From: Podospora anserina
Lineage: Eukaryota
NCBI GenBank assembly: GCA_017654855.1
Contig: CM030337.1
Span: 3,658,001-3,722,000, forward strand
Direction: 5' to 3'
Length of the DNA: 64,000 nucleotides
Of the stretch, positions 1 to 12,637 are shown one piece after another (positions within the stretch are counted from its first letter, which is position 1; the number at the start of each line of letters is the position of its first letter). Under the pieces are notes generated by a model. The model saw only the letters and a list, made by a program, of their open reading frames with translations. It ran no database searches and had not been told where the DNA came from. A program made the position numbers and the translations under genes.

Positions 1-3000
1 CCGACTCCGAACATTTGCATGGAGAACTTCCAGCGTCTCTGATGGGAAAGCCGAAGTGGTCAATCCTGCAAAACGGTTTGAAAGGAAAGAAGGTAGCAAT
101 CCCGAGCCTGATTTCCGTGTGTTGTGCCACTCCTCTCATGACGAGTCCAGGCACCGTACAGTATACAGGCAGAGTACCACTGTCATATCCGCTGTGGCTG
201 CTTGCTGCCTGTCAATATTGACGTCTCCCTCCGTCTGTCTGTCTCCCGACCTCTCCAGCTTTCCTCCGGCGGAAATACGGACACGGGGTAAAAGACAACC
301 CTACTGCATCTGGTAGGCCGCAAGGCACTGCTGCGCAAGAAAAAGATCGCTCCCTCTCCTGTTGCACCTCCCCACTCACACCTCAACAGTTAAACCCACA
401 CATCGAACTTGACTCTTCACGATCGTTCAAACCTGCCTCACGTAACGCGGAGAATTCGCCACCCGTGAAACCAACCCTACCTTACTCTTTCTGAACGGAC
501 GAACAGCTCCTGAACTGATTGGTATGTGCATGATGCAATGCACGACCTACAGTCACCTCTCGTGTGAACACTCGCTCAAAAAAAAAGACTTGTTCAAAGT
601 TTCCTTCCTCATCAACTTTGCCCAAGCGCTGCGCTCAATAACTTTTCCAACTCCTTGGGGATACCGCCGGATGTGACCTTGAAGGCGAACGGCGGCCGTG
701 GCGGGTAAGCCCGATTTTGTGTTGGCGCGGGGGAAAGCTGTAGGAAAGCCGGAATATCTGCATAGTGTCAGTCTAATATGATCAGACTTGCAGAGTAGCA
801 CTGGGAAACGACAGTCGCCCCCCCCGGATAAGTGATGAACTTGTCATATTTTCCACCGTTGACGCCGAACCCCGCGCTTGTCTTCTAGAGAGAAAAGAAG
901 TGGGATGTTTTTGTCCAGTTGTCCAAAGACGAAGTGGGCTGGTTTGGTGGTTGGCTGTGACAGCTCTCGCTGTCTTGCAGATTTCCGGGCCGGCCGTTTC
1001 GATTCTCTCTTCTTCTTCTTCCCTTCACATGGTCTCTCTTGTTGGGAATGGTTCAGTCAGTTTTGTCTTCCATTCATCCACGATCTGCGTCATCAACCAC
1101 CCATCATGAACCTCTCAAAAGACCCTGATGATCCAGATCAACACCGCCACAACTGGCCGTGTTCTCGTCATCAACAAGGAAAGACCCTGAAAAAAACAAA
1201 AATAGAAAAAAAACCTCGATCTGAAAAAAAAGAAGGGTCCAGCATGGACGATGCCGACTCTGTCCCAATCCACAATTGGAACATCCAGAACAAATCGACA
1301 CTTCTCTTTTCCAATGGAGTATTGTCATTCGATCTTCCAGCCAAGCTCAAGAAAGCCAAGCTCTTCCTGCCCTGTTGCTTCCCCTCATCTGTAATACCCT
1401 TCCCAAAGCGGGAAAAAACGATGAATAATACGACTGCGGTAATTTTTGCTTTTTGATGCTCGTCTTTCACGGATATTTTTTCTTAGGGTACTGTTACGGA
1501 AGAAAAAACCCCACGAACAAGCCCCACCCCAGAACAACTGTTACGCTAGGAGGCTAGCTAGCTATCAGACGGTCTTGGCCTCTGTCTTTTTTTCTTTCTT
1601 TCCTTTTCGCTTTTTTGCATTGGGGGTTACAGCAAACTCCACCTCTCCTCACTTGCCCCTCTCTCTGCGCACGGGGCAGTTTTGCTGCCCAACTCCGATT
1701 CTAGCCATACACAGACGCCGGAGCCCGAGGGAATGCAGCGTTAAGCTGAAAGCTGTCGAGGGGATGAACGGAGACGACGACGGCACCAGCTCGCGGTAGA
1801 TGCCCGGAGGCCAGCTTTTGCAAAACAAGGAGATGGTGGTGTCCGTCAGCACGAGACAGGGCGGAGACCACTCGGACGTAACAGGGAGCCCAGATCGGCC
1901 GTCTGGCACGGTGGACGCCGGCCGGTGGTGGGCTAGGAGAATAGATCGGATCTGACTTTTGTATTGTTGGTAGCTGCTGAAAATGTGCGCTACCTACCCC
2001 TCCCGCCCCTCGTCTGTTAACCATCTAGCAGGAATGGCAGATGAATTCATGATGCTCTCGGTATGTTTCGTAATCGAGTGTACGTCTGTACATGACGAGG
2101 CATCGCGGATAGGTCGGGGGTACAAAAAAACGGTTAACGGTATTTGGTGGCCGGTAACCGACGGTTGGGAAAGCCGGCCTCGTCCAACAAAGTGACCTGA
2201 CCTTGCTCACTGCTCAGACACAACAGCATGACGATTCCTTCTAGGCAACTGAACCAGCCTATGAACAGCTGACGACTCACGACTCGTTGGATTTTCAACG
2301 TCAGCAAAGCCCTACCGAAAAAAGTTTGATTTGGTGGCCATGCACCTCCGCCGTTGTCGGCTTCACTTTGAGGTTTGCCGGTTTCTGAATCGTTGATAGG
2401 TAGACAACTTCAATGACTGGCCCGCCGAGGCAGAGTCGATCCCCCACCCAGTGCTGTGATTGCAATTCGACCACGATTGTACATGCAGACCTGGGAAGCG
2501 CTGGATTAGGGAAACCGTTCTGCAGGAGAAGGCATCAAATGCTGCCGGAGCGAATGAAAACCTCCGAACCGGCCCCAGTGCCTTGCGTCTCGACCACACC
2601 ATCACCGGCTCTGCAACTTGTGCATTTCTACCAGCTTGGAAGCTCTTGCTGTTCTTCTCGACGTGGTTCTGGCCTCAGTTGAATGCTCCAACCGAGGAAA
2701 GGTGACGCAGTGGGGAAGGTTGGATAATCCCCCCTCGAGGCGTTCCATGCACGGCGATGAAAAGAGGTAGACGATGAGAATGGGCTTGCCACACCGCCTA
2801 CTAAAGCATGCGAGTGCTGCCAATGTGGAGTTTTCTATGCCAGTCTGCTTCCGACATGCACAGCAGTGGCTATCATTAATCAGCACCTTGGGGGAGCGGA
2901 AGCCGGCGAGACTGGTCGTGAGGTCACTGCTGTGGTTCAGCTCCCACAAGGTGACCCCGAAGAAGAAGCTGGGTGGGTGACCGAGTGTGGTGGTGGTCCG

Positions 3001-6000
3001 GCTGAGAAAGACGTCACTGTGTTAAGGGTCATAGCCATAATTTGGCCCCTTCGTCAACCACGTGAGGGAGAGGCCGGCTTGTAAAACTTGCCCTGCCTGC
3101 CATCTATCTCCTGTGATCGGGGTTCGAGTTCTGACACATATCTGCAGGAGGTAGACATGCGGCAAAGCGTCCCGTACTCGAGCATGCGGAACAACGCTGG
3201 CAATGCGGCCGAAATAGCAATTGTGCGGCATGGAAGCCAGTTTGCCGGACCTGCTGACAAGAGATGTTTCGCCCAGAGGTTGCAGAAAAGCAAAAGCAAA
3301 GCTTCTGCTGTGGCTCCTGAGACTGCCGAGAGGATTTCGTCAGTTGCGGCTCTATCCACCGTGTTCGCCATGCAAACTCGATAAATATCCTCAAGAGGGG
3401 TCCTCCGTTTTGCCGTTCGATGCTTTCAAGCGCTGGAGGTTCATCTCCATGGGGTAGGAGGCCATGTAATTACTGTTTCTCGTGGTTGGCCCAGCCCTTC
3501 GGTTGGCTGTTGAAACTCGGAGGGGGGGGGAAGGGGGGGCCGCTGAAGGGAGCTTCACAAGATGTCGCGCAAAAAGCGTGTCATTGAAAAACAGACAGCG
3601 GTTGATCCGACCAGTCATGTGAGGATACCCCCCGATCCGAAAATCCCCACCTTTCTTCAACAAAAATGTTTGCTGTTGTTGCAGTAAGCGCACAGTGTTG
3701 CATTTCGATAACACACTGAAGGTATGCTGAAAGCTTTGGCATATCGTATGCTATGTCAAGTCTTGTGATGACGGACTGCCATGGTTGTAGCCTTCTGGTT
3801 GACTCTTCCACCTTCGAATTTGATCGACTCACCCTCTTCTGACATGGAAAAGATCTGGTGGTTGGGTGTCATTGTTCAGCTCCCCGAGCCATGGAACAGG
3901 CGAAAGACAACTGGATAGGGTGGATGGAGTGGTCTCCCGGCAGCACGGTCCCATTGGCCTCGCGCCGCGACAAGCCAGGTTTTGACCGCTTCGTCCAGAT
4001 CTCTAGGCCGGCACCAGTGGGGTATTCGTAGCCTCCTCGAGAAACGCAGAAACCACTTCGGGTTGTTTCCCCTGAATTGTCCTTCCTGACTCGCGTCTCC
4101 GAAATATTATTACCAGAGACAAAGACCGGGCTTCAGGGTCCAGTGCCTGTACCTGAACCCGAACGCAAAAGAGCTGCCGATATCATCGTGTTGTTGTTAT
4201 TCAAGGCCAAGAAGTTGCGCGCATTTTTGACCGAACCCGAGATGAAGGTTAGCAAACCCCCCATTCCAAGACGGGTTTGGTCGGCCCGTGGGCAATTTTC
4301 AAATTTGGCAGCACAGTTGGAGGGCCAGTTTTCCGGGTCCTGAAGGATGCTGGACGGGGGTACGTACCGGCCATGTTGTATCGGCCGTTGGAAACTGTCG
4401 CTTGTAGCGGTGTTTGTTTTTCATGAGAGTTTCAAGCTTTCAACTTGCTGGTACTGGCGTCGAGAACGCTTCGAGTCTTCAAAGTCTACTGATCTTCAAG
4501 CACAAGACGGTGGATTGTTGACAGATGGCACTGATGTCAAGCCTGGAGTTGGCTTGGGGCTGATGCTGGCTAGCCTGTGGCTGACAGAGCCACCATCTCG
4601 GGCTGTGAACGGTGAACTGAAGAGAAGGACTCATGAATCTGGAGGTTGAAGCGCCGCTTTCAATCAGGAACAAATTTGGAGGATTGGACGGGATGTTCAC
4701 ATGGGAAATGGAAGGCTTGCGTTGTTCGAGCCCTTCTCCTCATCCGATATTGCACTTCTATTATTGATGTACCCGTGGCCCTGAGACAGGGACATTGGTA
4801 CTTTGGGAAACCGGCCCCTCTGGTAATTATGGAAATTACCTGGGGCCACGCGGTCATGATCGATGAGGCTGGGGCTGCACCCCGAGGGAGTCGCAGTAGA
4901 AATCTCATCCCACGCTGATGTGGGACCAAGAGTTGCACTGTTGTTTGCCTAGCAGTTTTGGGTGAGGTTTCGCGCTGCCACTGTTTCCTCTCTAATGACG
5001 GGGGCTGGATCTCGAAGACCACACAATTTCAAGAGGCTCGTGTTTGCTTCATGACAAAGCTCTCTCTTACGAGTCAATCAAGCAGAGGGCATCAGGGCAT
5101 TAGCACGGCTAGCTCCTGACGACCCGGCTGCCTGGATGATCGATTTATTTCTCCTTCTGTACAAAAGACCACTTCTGGGAATCTGGAATTTGGACAAATT
5201 GGTGCGAGGGCTCTTGACCAACCCTGAGTGGGGGGACAAGACAAGAGGATGGCTGGTGCTCGTGTTCCACGCCCCTTCGATGGTCCGTTACCCAGCCCTT
5301 GCTCCCTGTTTTGGTGTACCCGTGGCGTGCCGAACGGGGCGGGTCCTGGTTGAGAAACGAGAAACGGTGAGTGGATGTTGACGACAAATTGGCCACCCTG
5401 GAGATGGCGGTTGTCGTGCACGATTGGCAAGCCCTGATCATTTCCGTCATACCGTGCAGCAGACCAGCAGCAGAGAGTCGCACCAGTTTCTGATGCACAC
5501 TCCCCCCAGCCAAAAAAACGCCTCTCAGCACACCGCAGCGCCTTCCAGGTTGTGAGTGGGCGCGAGGATTCGCAGGAGCAGCATGACCACGGCGGCCACG
5601 GATGGTGATGGGAGTGACGGGAAGTGAATCAAGCGCTCATTGTCAACCTGGCCCCAAGGACCCGCGTCTGCTGACGATGGATAGTTGTTAGCAATAGCTG
5701 GTGTCTGCTATTGTCCATTGTCTATGACTTCTCGTCAATAAGGTTGCTGATAGGGTTGTAGAGGCACAGAATCATAGAATCATCAGGAGAGTTGGGTCGT
5801 GACCAATGACGGGAATGATTTTGGAGAAGTGACTTTTTTACTCCAAGCCTGCGCCCAGGCCACCCGGCGGTGGGTCACTAACAGAAGTCTTCCTCGCCCC
5901 ATCAGCCAGCCAGCGTGCTCCCAGTGAACCCACCCGCTGCTCCGCTTCGCTAGCTCCCAAATCCCAGCGGCATCACTCGGCCCAGCACACTTTTTTTCCC

Positions 6001-6836
6001 TCCCCTTCTATCTCCAGGTCCCTCCTCCCCCTTCTCACCTCCCCCAACACCACGCCGTGCTCTCCTCCATTCCCCCCCTCGACCATCGCAGAATCCGCCA
6101 AGCATCGACCGACCGACCGACGAACGACCAAATTCAGTTTTGTGTTGTTCTTTGTTGTTGTTGTCACGACAGGATTCGGGTGCCGTTGGCCTTCGTTGTC
6201 TCGAACGGAATCCGGGAAAACAGCGCCTCCTCAGCGAGCGGTTTTTTCGGCCTTGGGTGTGTGTGTGTTGTTGTTTCGCCCACCAGCACAACAGCAACTC
6301 TTTTGGAGGATACCCGTCACTTCAACACCAGCGCGGATCGCGTGGTGCCATCACTTTTTTCCTTTAGGTCAGTACCTTGTTCTTTAAGACGTTGGTCGCC
6401 GGACCCTCGCTGTCGGAAGAGGCGTCTTGAGTTTCGACCAACGACCACCACCACGCGCCCTGTCCGCCCATCCTCTCTTGTTTTGGTCTCCAGTTCTCAA
6501 CGTTGACCTCGGCCACCCGCACCGGGCCGTAGTGTCATCAGCACACGCCACCGATCTACCACCCATCTGCCCGCTGCCTGGGAACAAAACTCGTCTCGAG
6601 GGGACCCGGAAACGTCTTTCGCCTTTGCCAGTTGCTGCTTTTTTTTTGCCGGGGGTGTCGGACTGACCTTTTAATTCAATGCAGTGCTTCGACATTCCCT
6701 TTTCGTTTCGATCCTAGCCTTTTCCCCGTTTCGACAGGCTTTCATTTGAGCCTTTGCTTGCCATCGCGAATTCGCAAGGCAACCAAGTCGCTGATCGACA
6801 CCAACTCATCACTGTAGAGGATAAGACCTACATTCT

Positions 6837-6857
6837 ATGGCTCAGAAAGCTCAGTAG
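6837..6857 (+). promoter_or_regulatory. Short upstream ORF (MAQKAQ*) in the cyclin 5' leader
   Basis: ATG GCT CAG AAA GCT CAG TAG, 154 nt before the cyclin ATG and just after a likely 3' splice site (GCTGAT...ACTGTAG, 6790-6817). Confidence 0.4.
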
Positions 6858-7010
6858 ATCTCGATCGCACCTCTCCCTTCGAGATCACCTCCTACGACAC
6901 TTCGTGTTCTGGAAATAGAGCGCCTAGCCCGCCTTAGTCCAGCTTCTCGAGGCAGTTCGCCAACTCAGATCTACACTCTCCACCCTCCGATCTTGACTCA
7001 TTCCATCAAC

Positions 7011-8033
7011 ATGCCTGGAGGCGTTTGCGCTGTTCTCGACTACGATGTCGAGCTCATGGCCGACTATGTTTCCGAGATGGCCACCCGCGTGGTGATGCCA
7101 CGGAACACGGTGAACCCGGCTTTCCGGAAGTACGTTTCGGGGATACTGTCTTCGACTCGTCTTCCCCGGACTACCATTCTGCTCGGTCTCAACTACCTCG
7201 CCAAGCGCATCAACATGATGCCCGCTGGTGCAGTCCAGAACGAGGGCGAGATTTGGGGTCTCCTGACCATCGCTCTTCTTCTCGGAAGCAAGTTTCTTGA
7301 TGACAACACTTTCCAGAACAAGTCTTGGTCGGAGGTCAGTGGCATCCCAGTTCGCGATTTGAACACTCTGGAATACGAGTGGTTGGCTGCCATCGGCTGG
7401 GTTCTCTACGTCAATCTGGACGAGAGCAAAGACTACAATGCCTGGCTCGACAATTGGACCGAGTGGAAGGAGACCAAGAAGCGCCAGCAGCACCAGGCCA
7501 GCCGCGAACGTCTTGCTGCTCTCGTCACCCCCATCGATACCGACGTTTCCCGTGCCCGCAACCAGCACGTGTACTCCTCTTGGCATCAGCAGCAAGTTGC
7601 CGAGTATGAGCGCCTGTCGAGCATGAAGCGTGGCCAGGCTACCCCTCCGGCCTACAGACACGAGCAAGCCTCGTGGGGTTATATGGCGTGGCCTCAGCCT
7701 ACTGCTCCCTTGACGCCTCCCGATTCTGGCTACGGCACTCCCGAGTATACCAACTCGGCTACTTCTTGCAACTCGCACTACGCTGAGTGGTTTGACCGCG
7801 CCATTGTCGGTGGCTCCAACACCTCGAGGCACTATCAGCAACCCGCACCCGCTTACAGCGGATACCGCCACGCTGGGCAGAACACCCGCAATGCCGGCAA
7901 TTATGGCGGCTTTTACAGCCACAACATTTGGGAACACCCCGGCCCCGACTGCACCTGCAGCAGTTGCGTTTCGGTTCACAAGCAGCCCTCCTATTTCTTC
8001 GCTCACAGCTATGGCCAGCCTGTCGCTGGCTAA
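7011..8033 (+). CDS. clg1: Clg1/Pcl-family (Pho85-type) cyclin-like protein
   Basis: Single-exon ORF from ATG 7011 (MPGGVCAVLDY). Cyclin-box motifs FRKYVSGILSSTRLPRTTILLGLNYL, ALLLGSKFLDDNTFQNKSWSEVSGI and LNTLEYEWL; low-complexity C-terminal tail. Confidence 0.85.
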   Translation: MPGGVCAVLDYDVELMADYVSEMATRVVMPRNTVNPAFRKYVSGILSSTRLPRTTILLGLNYLAKRINMMPAGAVQNEGEIWGLLTIALLLGSKFLDDNTFQNKSWSEVSGIPVRDLNTLEYEWLAAIGWVLYVNLDESKDYNAWLDNWTEWKETKKRQQHQASRERLAALVTPIDTDVSRARNQHVYSSWHQQQVAEYERLSSMKRGQATPPAYRHEQASWGYMAWPQPTAPLTPPDSGYGTPEYTNSATSCNSHYAEWFDRAIVGGSNTSRHYQQPAPAYSGYRHAGQNTRNAGNYGGFYSHNIWEHPGPDCTCSSCVSVHKQPSYFFAHSYGQPVAG

Positions 8034-9885
8034 GCGATTGTATTCACACCCCCGATGCGCACATGAGCGAGCGCATGAAGTCAACCTGGTGATGCCGTTG
8101 GCAGCCAGTTTTACAGATGAAAAAGGCGTTTACGCGGCGCCACTTATTCCACTGCATCGTCTGCTGGACACGGTTTCCTTTTTTTCGGCACATTAAAGAA
8201 TCGATATATTGCATTCAGATACCCGGAGCGATGACGAGGCGGAACGATTAGGATACCCCCAAGGCGATGTGACACGGTCCATCAACTTTGCTATTCGCCG
8301 GTGTCCCAAGATTCTCTTACCGCCAGTCATCCTTTTCTAATGACTTTCCTCTTCGGTATACGGTTCACTATTTCATACAGCGGCGTTTGCGGATTTTTAT
8401 TTTCACTTTTCTTTCGAAACCGGTTATAGAATCGACTCGGCCGACCAGCACCTTGCGCCGCGCCGACGACGGCAATCGACATACCTTGCTTGCTTGACAC
8501 ATGTTCAAGACCGCAATGCACCGTGCGTGTGTGGCCTGTTCGTTATCAGATGAACTGAGTCGGCCGCATCGAGCGCCGCCCTTCTAATAACCCGCCCGTT
8601 TGGAGGGTCTGATCGCGCTGGTCTTTTTTTCCTAGTTTTGTCAAAACCCGGCGGAACGCTTTTCGTTTAGAGCAACATACCCCTGGGCTTTTTCAGTCAT
8701 ACGTTCAAATGACACGGCGCCCAAACCAGACGGGGGCTTTTTTTTTCGTTGTCAAAAAGTTTTGTGGGGCATGGTACATATATTCTGCTTTTTCGTGGTG
8801 TCTTTGTTGGTTTTTTTGGTTTTTTTTCCCTGTTTGCGGAATTGGTTCAAGAGGTTCAAAAAGTTGGGCTCACCGTGTGGTCATGAGCATGTGTTTTTCA
8901 AAGCGATCAAAATGGGGGGTCTTTGCTGCTTTTCTTTGCCTATTTTTATTTTCTCTTGCATTGTGTTTATTATTATTCTTTGGCCAGTTACGGGCTCAAG
9001 TGGTGTTGTTGATCACTTGGACACGGATGGGAACAGGCTCTCAGCAGTATGGTTCACAATGCCGCTGGCTTGTTATCCCAGGACATGTTTGGTTTCATCG
9101 ACGGTGGCTTCTAGAGGGGTGTTGGGGGCTTTTTACTGGCATTTCAAGGTAGAGCAGAATGGCCCGGGGAACAATCGGGGGGAGTATACGCTTGGTGTTG
9201 TGTAATTTCTTTTGGCTCTTCTTTTTTCTTGTCACAATGGAATTTTCTCTTGATGACGGGGTAGGTTATTTGGTTCGGCGATTCCCAAACACAACGACTT
9301 GATGAGGGTTTGAGGGAAACGAGGGGAAATGGGATCTGGGAGAGAATGGAATGTCAGGCCAGACAGGCTGACGGCGACTTTGCGATCAGCAAGGTCTAAC
9401 AACAAAATGGGTGGTCTGGCAAGCCAGATGATGGTCATGGGGTCGTGGGCCCGACGGTAATGATCGGAGAGGCAATAACGTGAGGGATTGAGATTTTTTC
9501 CTCGGCGTTCCCCAGGCAGTGTGGCAGCGAAGATGTTGCGAGCTCCTGGGATATTCTGCCAGCACCACCTAAGATAAAAAATAAATAAGAAGCAAAATTA
9601 TGTGCACTATCTGTTCGTTATGCAATTGTGATTGTCTTGTGTGTGAGTGTGGTGTTGTTATTGTTGTTGTTGTTGTTGTTTTGGTGAGTGTTCGACCACC
9701 CGGCAGCAGCTGTCACCCAGCTTATTTCAACGACATGCGTTGACTTGGACTCCATTCAACTTGTAACATCACATTGCCTTTTCATGAATTCTGGAAGCTG
9801 CTGTTGTTTTCAATTCAGTTGTTTAACATTACATCCCAATTCATACTAACTTCATCTTTTTCTCACCGCAACTTCACCCTCCATC

Positions 9886-10644
9886 ATGTCCTCCCGCTTC
9901 GTCTCAGCCGGCTCAATAGACGCCACCACGGGCGAAGCCACCACCGAACACGCCGGCCCATCCGACTCCCAACAGCAGCAGCCACCACCCGTGAGCCAAA
10001 AGTCAAAGGAATGGGCAGAAGTCACCCAGCAGCTGGAATCCGACCGCCAGAGACGGATCCTCCAGGCGAAGCAAGCGCAGGAGGGAGGGGAGAAGAGCCT
10101 GTACGAGGTTCTCCAGGCGAACAAAGCGGCCAAGCAGGCCGAGTTTGAGGAGAAGAGCAAGCTGAAGAATCAGTTTAGGGCTTTGGATGAGGACGAGATT
10201 GATTTTCTGGATGAGGTTGAGCGCCGGAGGAGGGAGGAGGAGGAAAGGAGGAGGAGGGAGGAGGAGGAGGGGTTGAGGGCGTTTAGGGAGATCAAATCTT
10301 CTAGGGAGAAGGGGGAGAGTGAGGAGGAGGAGGTGGAGGTGGAGGGGTGGGATTTTGGGGGGGAGGGGGGGAGGAGGAGGAAGCGGAGGGCGGAGGGGAG
10401 GAGGTTGTTGGTCAAGAAGGTTAAGAGGGAGGAGAAGATGGATGATACTGAAGGGTCGCCGACAGGGAAGCCGGGTGGTGGTTTGGTGGGTGGTGGCTCT
10501 GGTGGCGATAAGAAGGCGACAGAGGTGGTGGTGGACAAGGCTGCAGCAGCTGCTTCAGTTCCAAAACCAGCAGAAGCGCCAGCGGTTTCGGCCAAGAAGG
10601 CGGCTGGTGGTCTGGTGGATTATGGCTCTGATAGCGATGAGTGA
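9886..10644 (+). CDS. FAM192A/NIP30/Fyv6-family nuclear protein
   Basis: MSSRFVSAG N-terminus, KSLYEVLQANKAAKQAEFEE...LKNQFRALDEDEIDFL domain, C-terminal GLVDYGSDSDE. Confidence 0.85.
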   Translation: MSSRFVSAGSIDATTGEATTEHAGPSDSQQQQPPPVSQKSKEWAEVTQQLESDRQRRILQAKQAQEGGEKSLYEVLQANKAAKQAEFEEKSKLKNQFRALDEDEIDFLDEVERRRREEEERRRREEEEGLRAFREIKSSREKGESEEEEVEVEGWDFGGEGGRRRKRRAEGRRLLVKKVKREEKMDDTEGSPTGKPGGGLVGGGSGGDKKATEVVVDKAAAAASVPKPAEAPAVSAKKAAGGLVDYGSDSDE

Positions 10645-11186
10645 GAGGTCAATTTGAGGTTTCTCAAGACTCAGCTCTGCGTACGCCTACATCGGCGGTT
10701 GGGGATGACACGATCTGGAGTCTTCGCAACATCACACTGACGGACAGCAGTCCCATGTGCCATGTGCCGTGGCGCTACAAAACCCAAACACAGACACACA
10801 AGAGCCCCAGCTCGTTGCCATACACGACACTAAGTTGGCCCTGCCTAAATTAAGCAGCACCACGTTTCAGTATCAATGGATAACTGGAATACAATCGGGA
10901 GAAGAAGTGGTGCTGTACGTATCTTGTAGCATTGAAGGGGGTTTAACATCGCAATAACACCAACACCAACCAAAGCCAAACAACCCAAAGGCCCCCCCAA
11001 CCGCCGCCCAAATGCTGTCTGTCCTGTCTTGCCTTCCAAATAACATCCTCCTCAAATCTATAGCCGTTTTTCCCATCAGGTATGTATCGCCACGACACCA
11101 TAGTATACACAACTCCCCACAAAAGCTAATGTTACACGCTAGGTACAATACGTCCTCCCTCCAGCATTGAGTATGGTCATCAAACA

Positions 11187-12637
11187 TTAGTCCACATCCT
11201 CAACATTACTCCTCTTTTCCTCTCCCATAACCTTCCCCTTTCCCCATCGATACAACTGCCTAAACTTCCCCTTTGTCCAACCCTCAATCTCCTCCTCAGG
11301 TACCGCAATCTTGGCCACCCTCTCCACATCCTCCTTTGACAACTCGAACCTCCTCATCCGCTCGGCGATTCTAGGGTCCAGAACAAGCGGCCTGGCCCTG
11401 ACAACCTCTGTGATACCAGCCTTTTCCCGCTCCTTGACATTCTCAGGTTCATCCCCAGCCTCTTTCCAGAGAGATTTGATCCAGTCCTTCTCCTCAAAGG
11501 CCAACACCTCTTCTTGCTCGTATTTCTGATCCTCTCCCGATTGTTCAGAGAAATGGCGGTAGTGAGCCAGGCAGACTGCGGCGACATCACGGCCGATTTC
11601 ATCGGCGAGGTGCCGGCGGTTGAAGAAACGGTACAGACGGGTTGGCGTGGAGAGGAAGCCTAACAGGTGAGGTTCCCTCACCGGAGCGACGGGGGAGAAT
11701 TCATTGGGAATGGAAGATGGGAGGGGGGAGGAGGGGTAATCGGCTGGTGTGTTGTAGGGACGGGGTTGAGGCGGTCGCTTGGGTTTGGATTCCTCCTCTT
11801 TCTTCTTTTCCTCCTCTTCCTTCTTCTTCTCCTCTTCTGACTTCTCGCTGTCGGATTCGGCTGTGGGGAGTGGTTCTGGGATGGGGAGTGGAGGGGCGGT
11901 TAAGGGGCCGAGCCAGCCTTCGTGTAATCCTCTGAGGTATTCCTTCCATGTGTGCCTACCAATGACGATGTCGCCCTTGATACCGTCGTAGTCTTTAATC
12001 CCGCGGATCTTGCGGTGAGCAGCGATGATTTCCTCCTTTGTGGGCTCGTCAGGGAGCTCGGGCTCAACCTCGCCGGAGTCGACTTGCTTGCGGTGGCGGC
12101 GGATCTTCTCGGCAGTGTAGGCGCGGACGTCGCCGTCTCGTCGGCCTTGGACAAACTCCCAGTCGAGGCCGGAGGCGGCGAGGATGGGCTTGACGTACTC
12201 GGTGTAGTGGTCTTGGGCGGTGCGGAGGCCGTCACCGGGGGGAGCGGAGAGATAGATGGTGATCTTGCGGAGCTCGGAGAGGGCATTGTGGCTAGGCAAG
12301 GGCTCCTTGGCGAGGTGCTCGACGGCGTGTCTCCATTTCGCGATGGCTCGTTTCTTCTCGCGTTTGTCGTAGATGATGCCGGCAGTTATGGCGGTGGAAA
12401 GGGTCCAGAAGATCATCCAGTTTCGGGAAGGGAGCTTCTTTGGGAGGGCGGGGAGGCCCAGCATGCGGAGGGCCCGGTTTCTTTCGGGAGCTTTGGCAGC
12501 CTGAAACGTGGGAATTGTCAGTTGTGTGATCTTGCATTACTGTCTAGAGTGGAGATATTCCATACTTTCTCGGCCACCTCAGCCGCCGGCGGTGTTACCG
12601 GCGCCGACGGCTGCGCTGGTGGTGTTGGTTCTGCCAT
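11187..12637 (-). CDS. tim54: Mitochondrial import inner membrane translocase subunit Tim54
   Basis: Exon 1 12637-12566, GT-AG intron 12565-12501, exon 2 to 11187. Motifs NRALRMLGLP, KLPSRNWMIFW, PPGDGL, YVKPILAASGLDWEF, IGRHTWKEYLRGLHEGWLGPL. Confidence 0.92.

Noticed and set aside
878-5531. Many 60-190 aa ORFs in the left intergenic region
   Set aside because: Mostly non-ATG starts, no codon bias, no recognisable motifs, overlapping on both strands.
10201-10440. GAG/AGG-rich tract as a standalone repeat or G-quadruplex element
   Set aside because: It encodes the E/R/G-rich part of FAM192A and fits the general exon skew reported as a finding.
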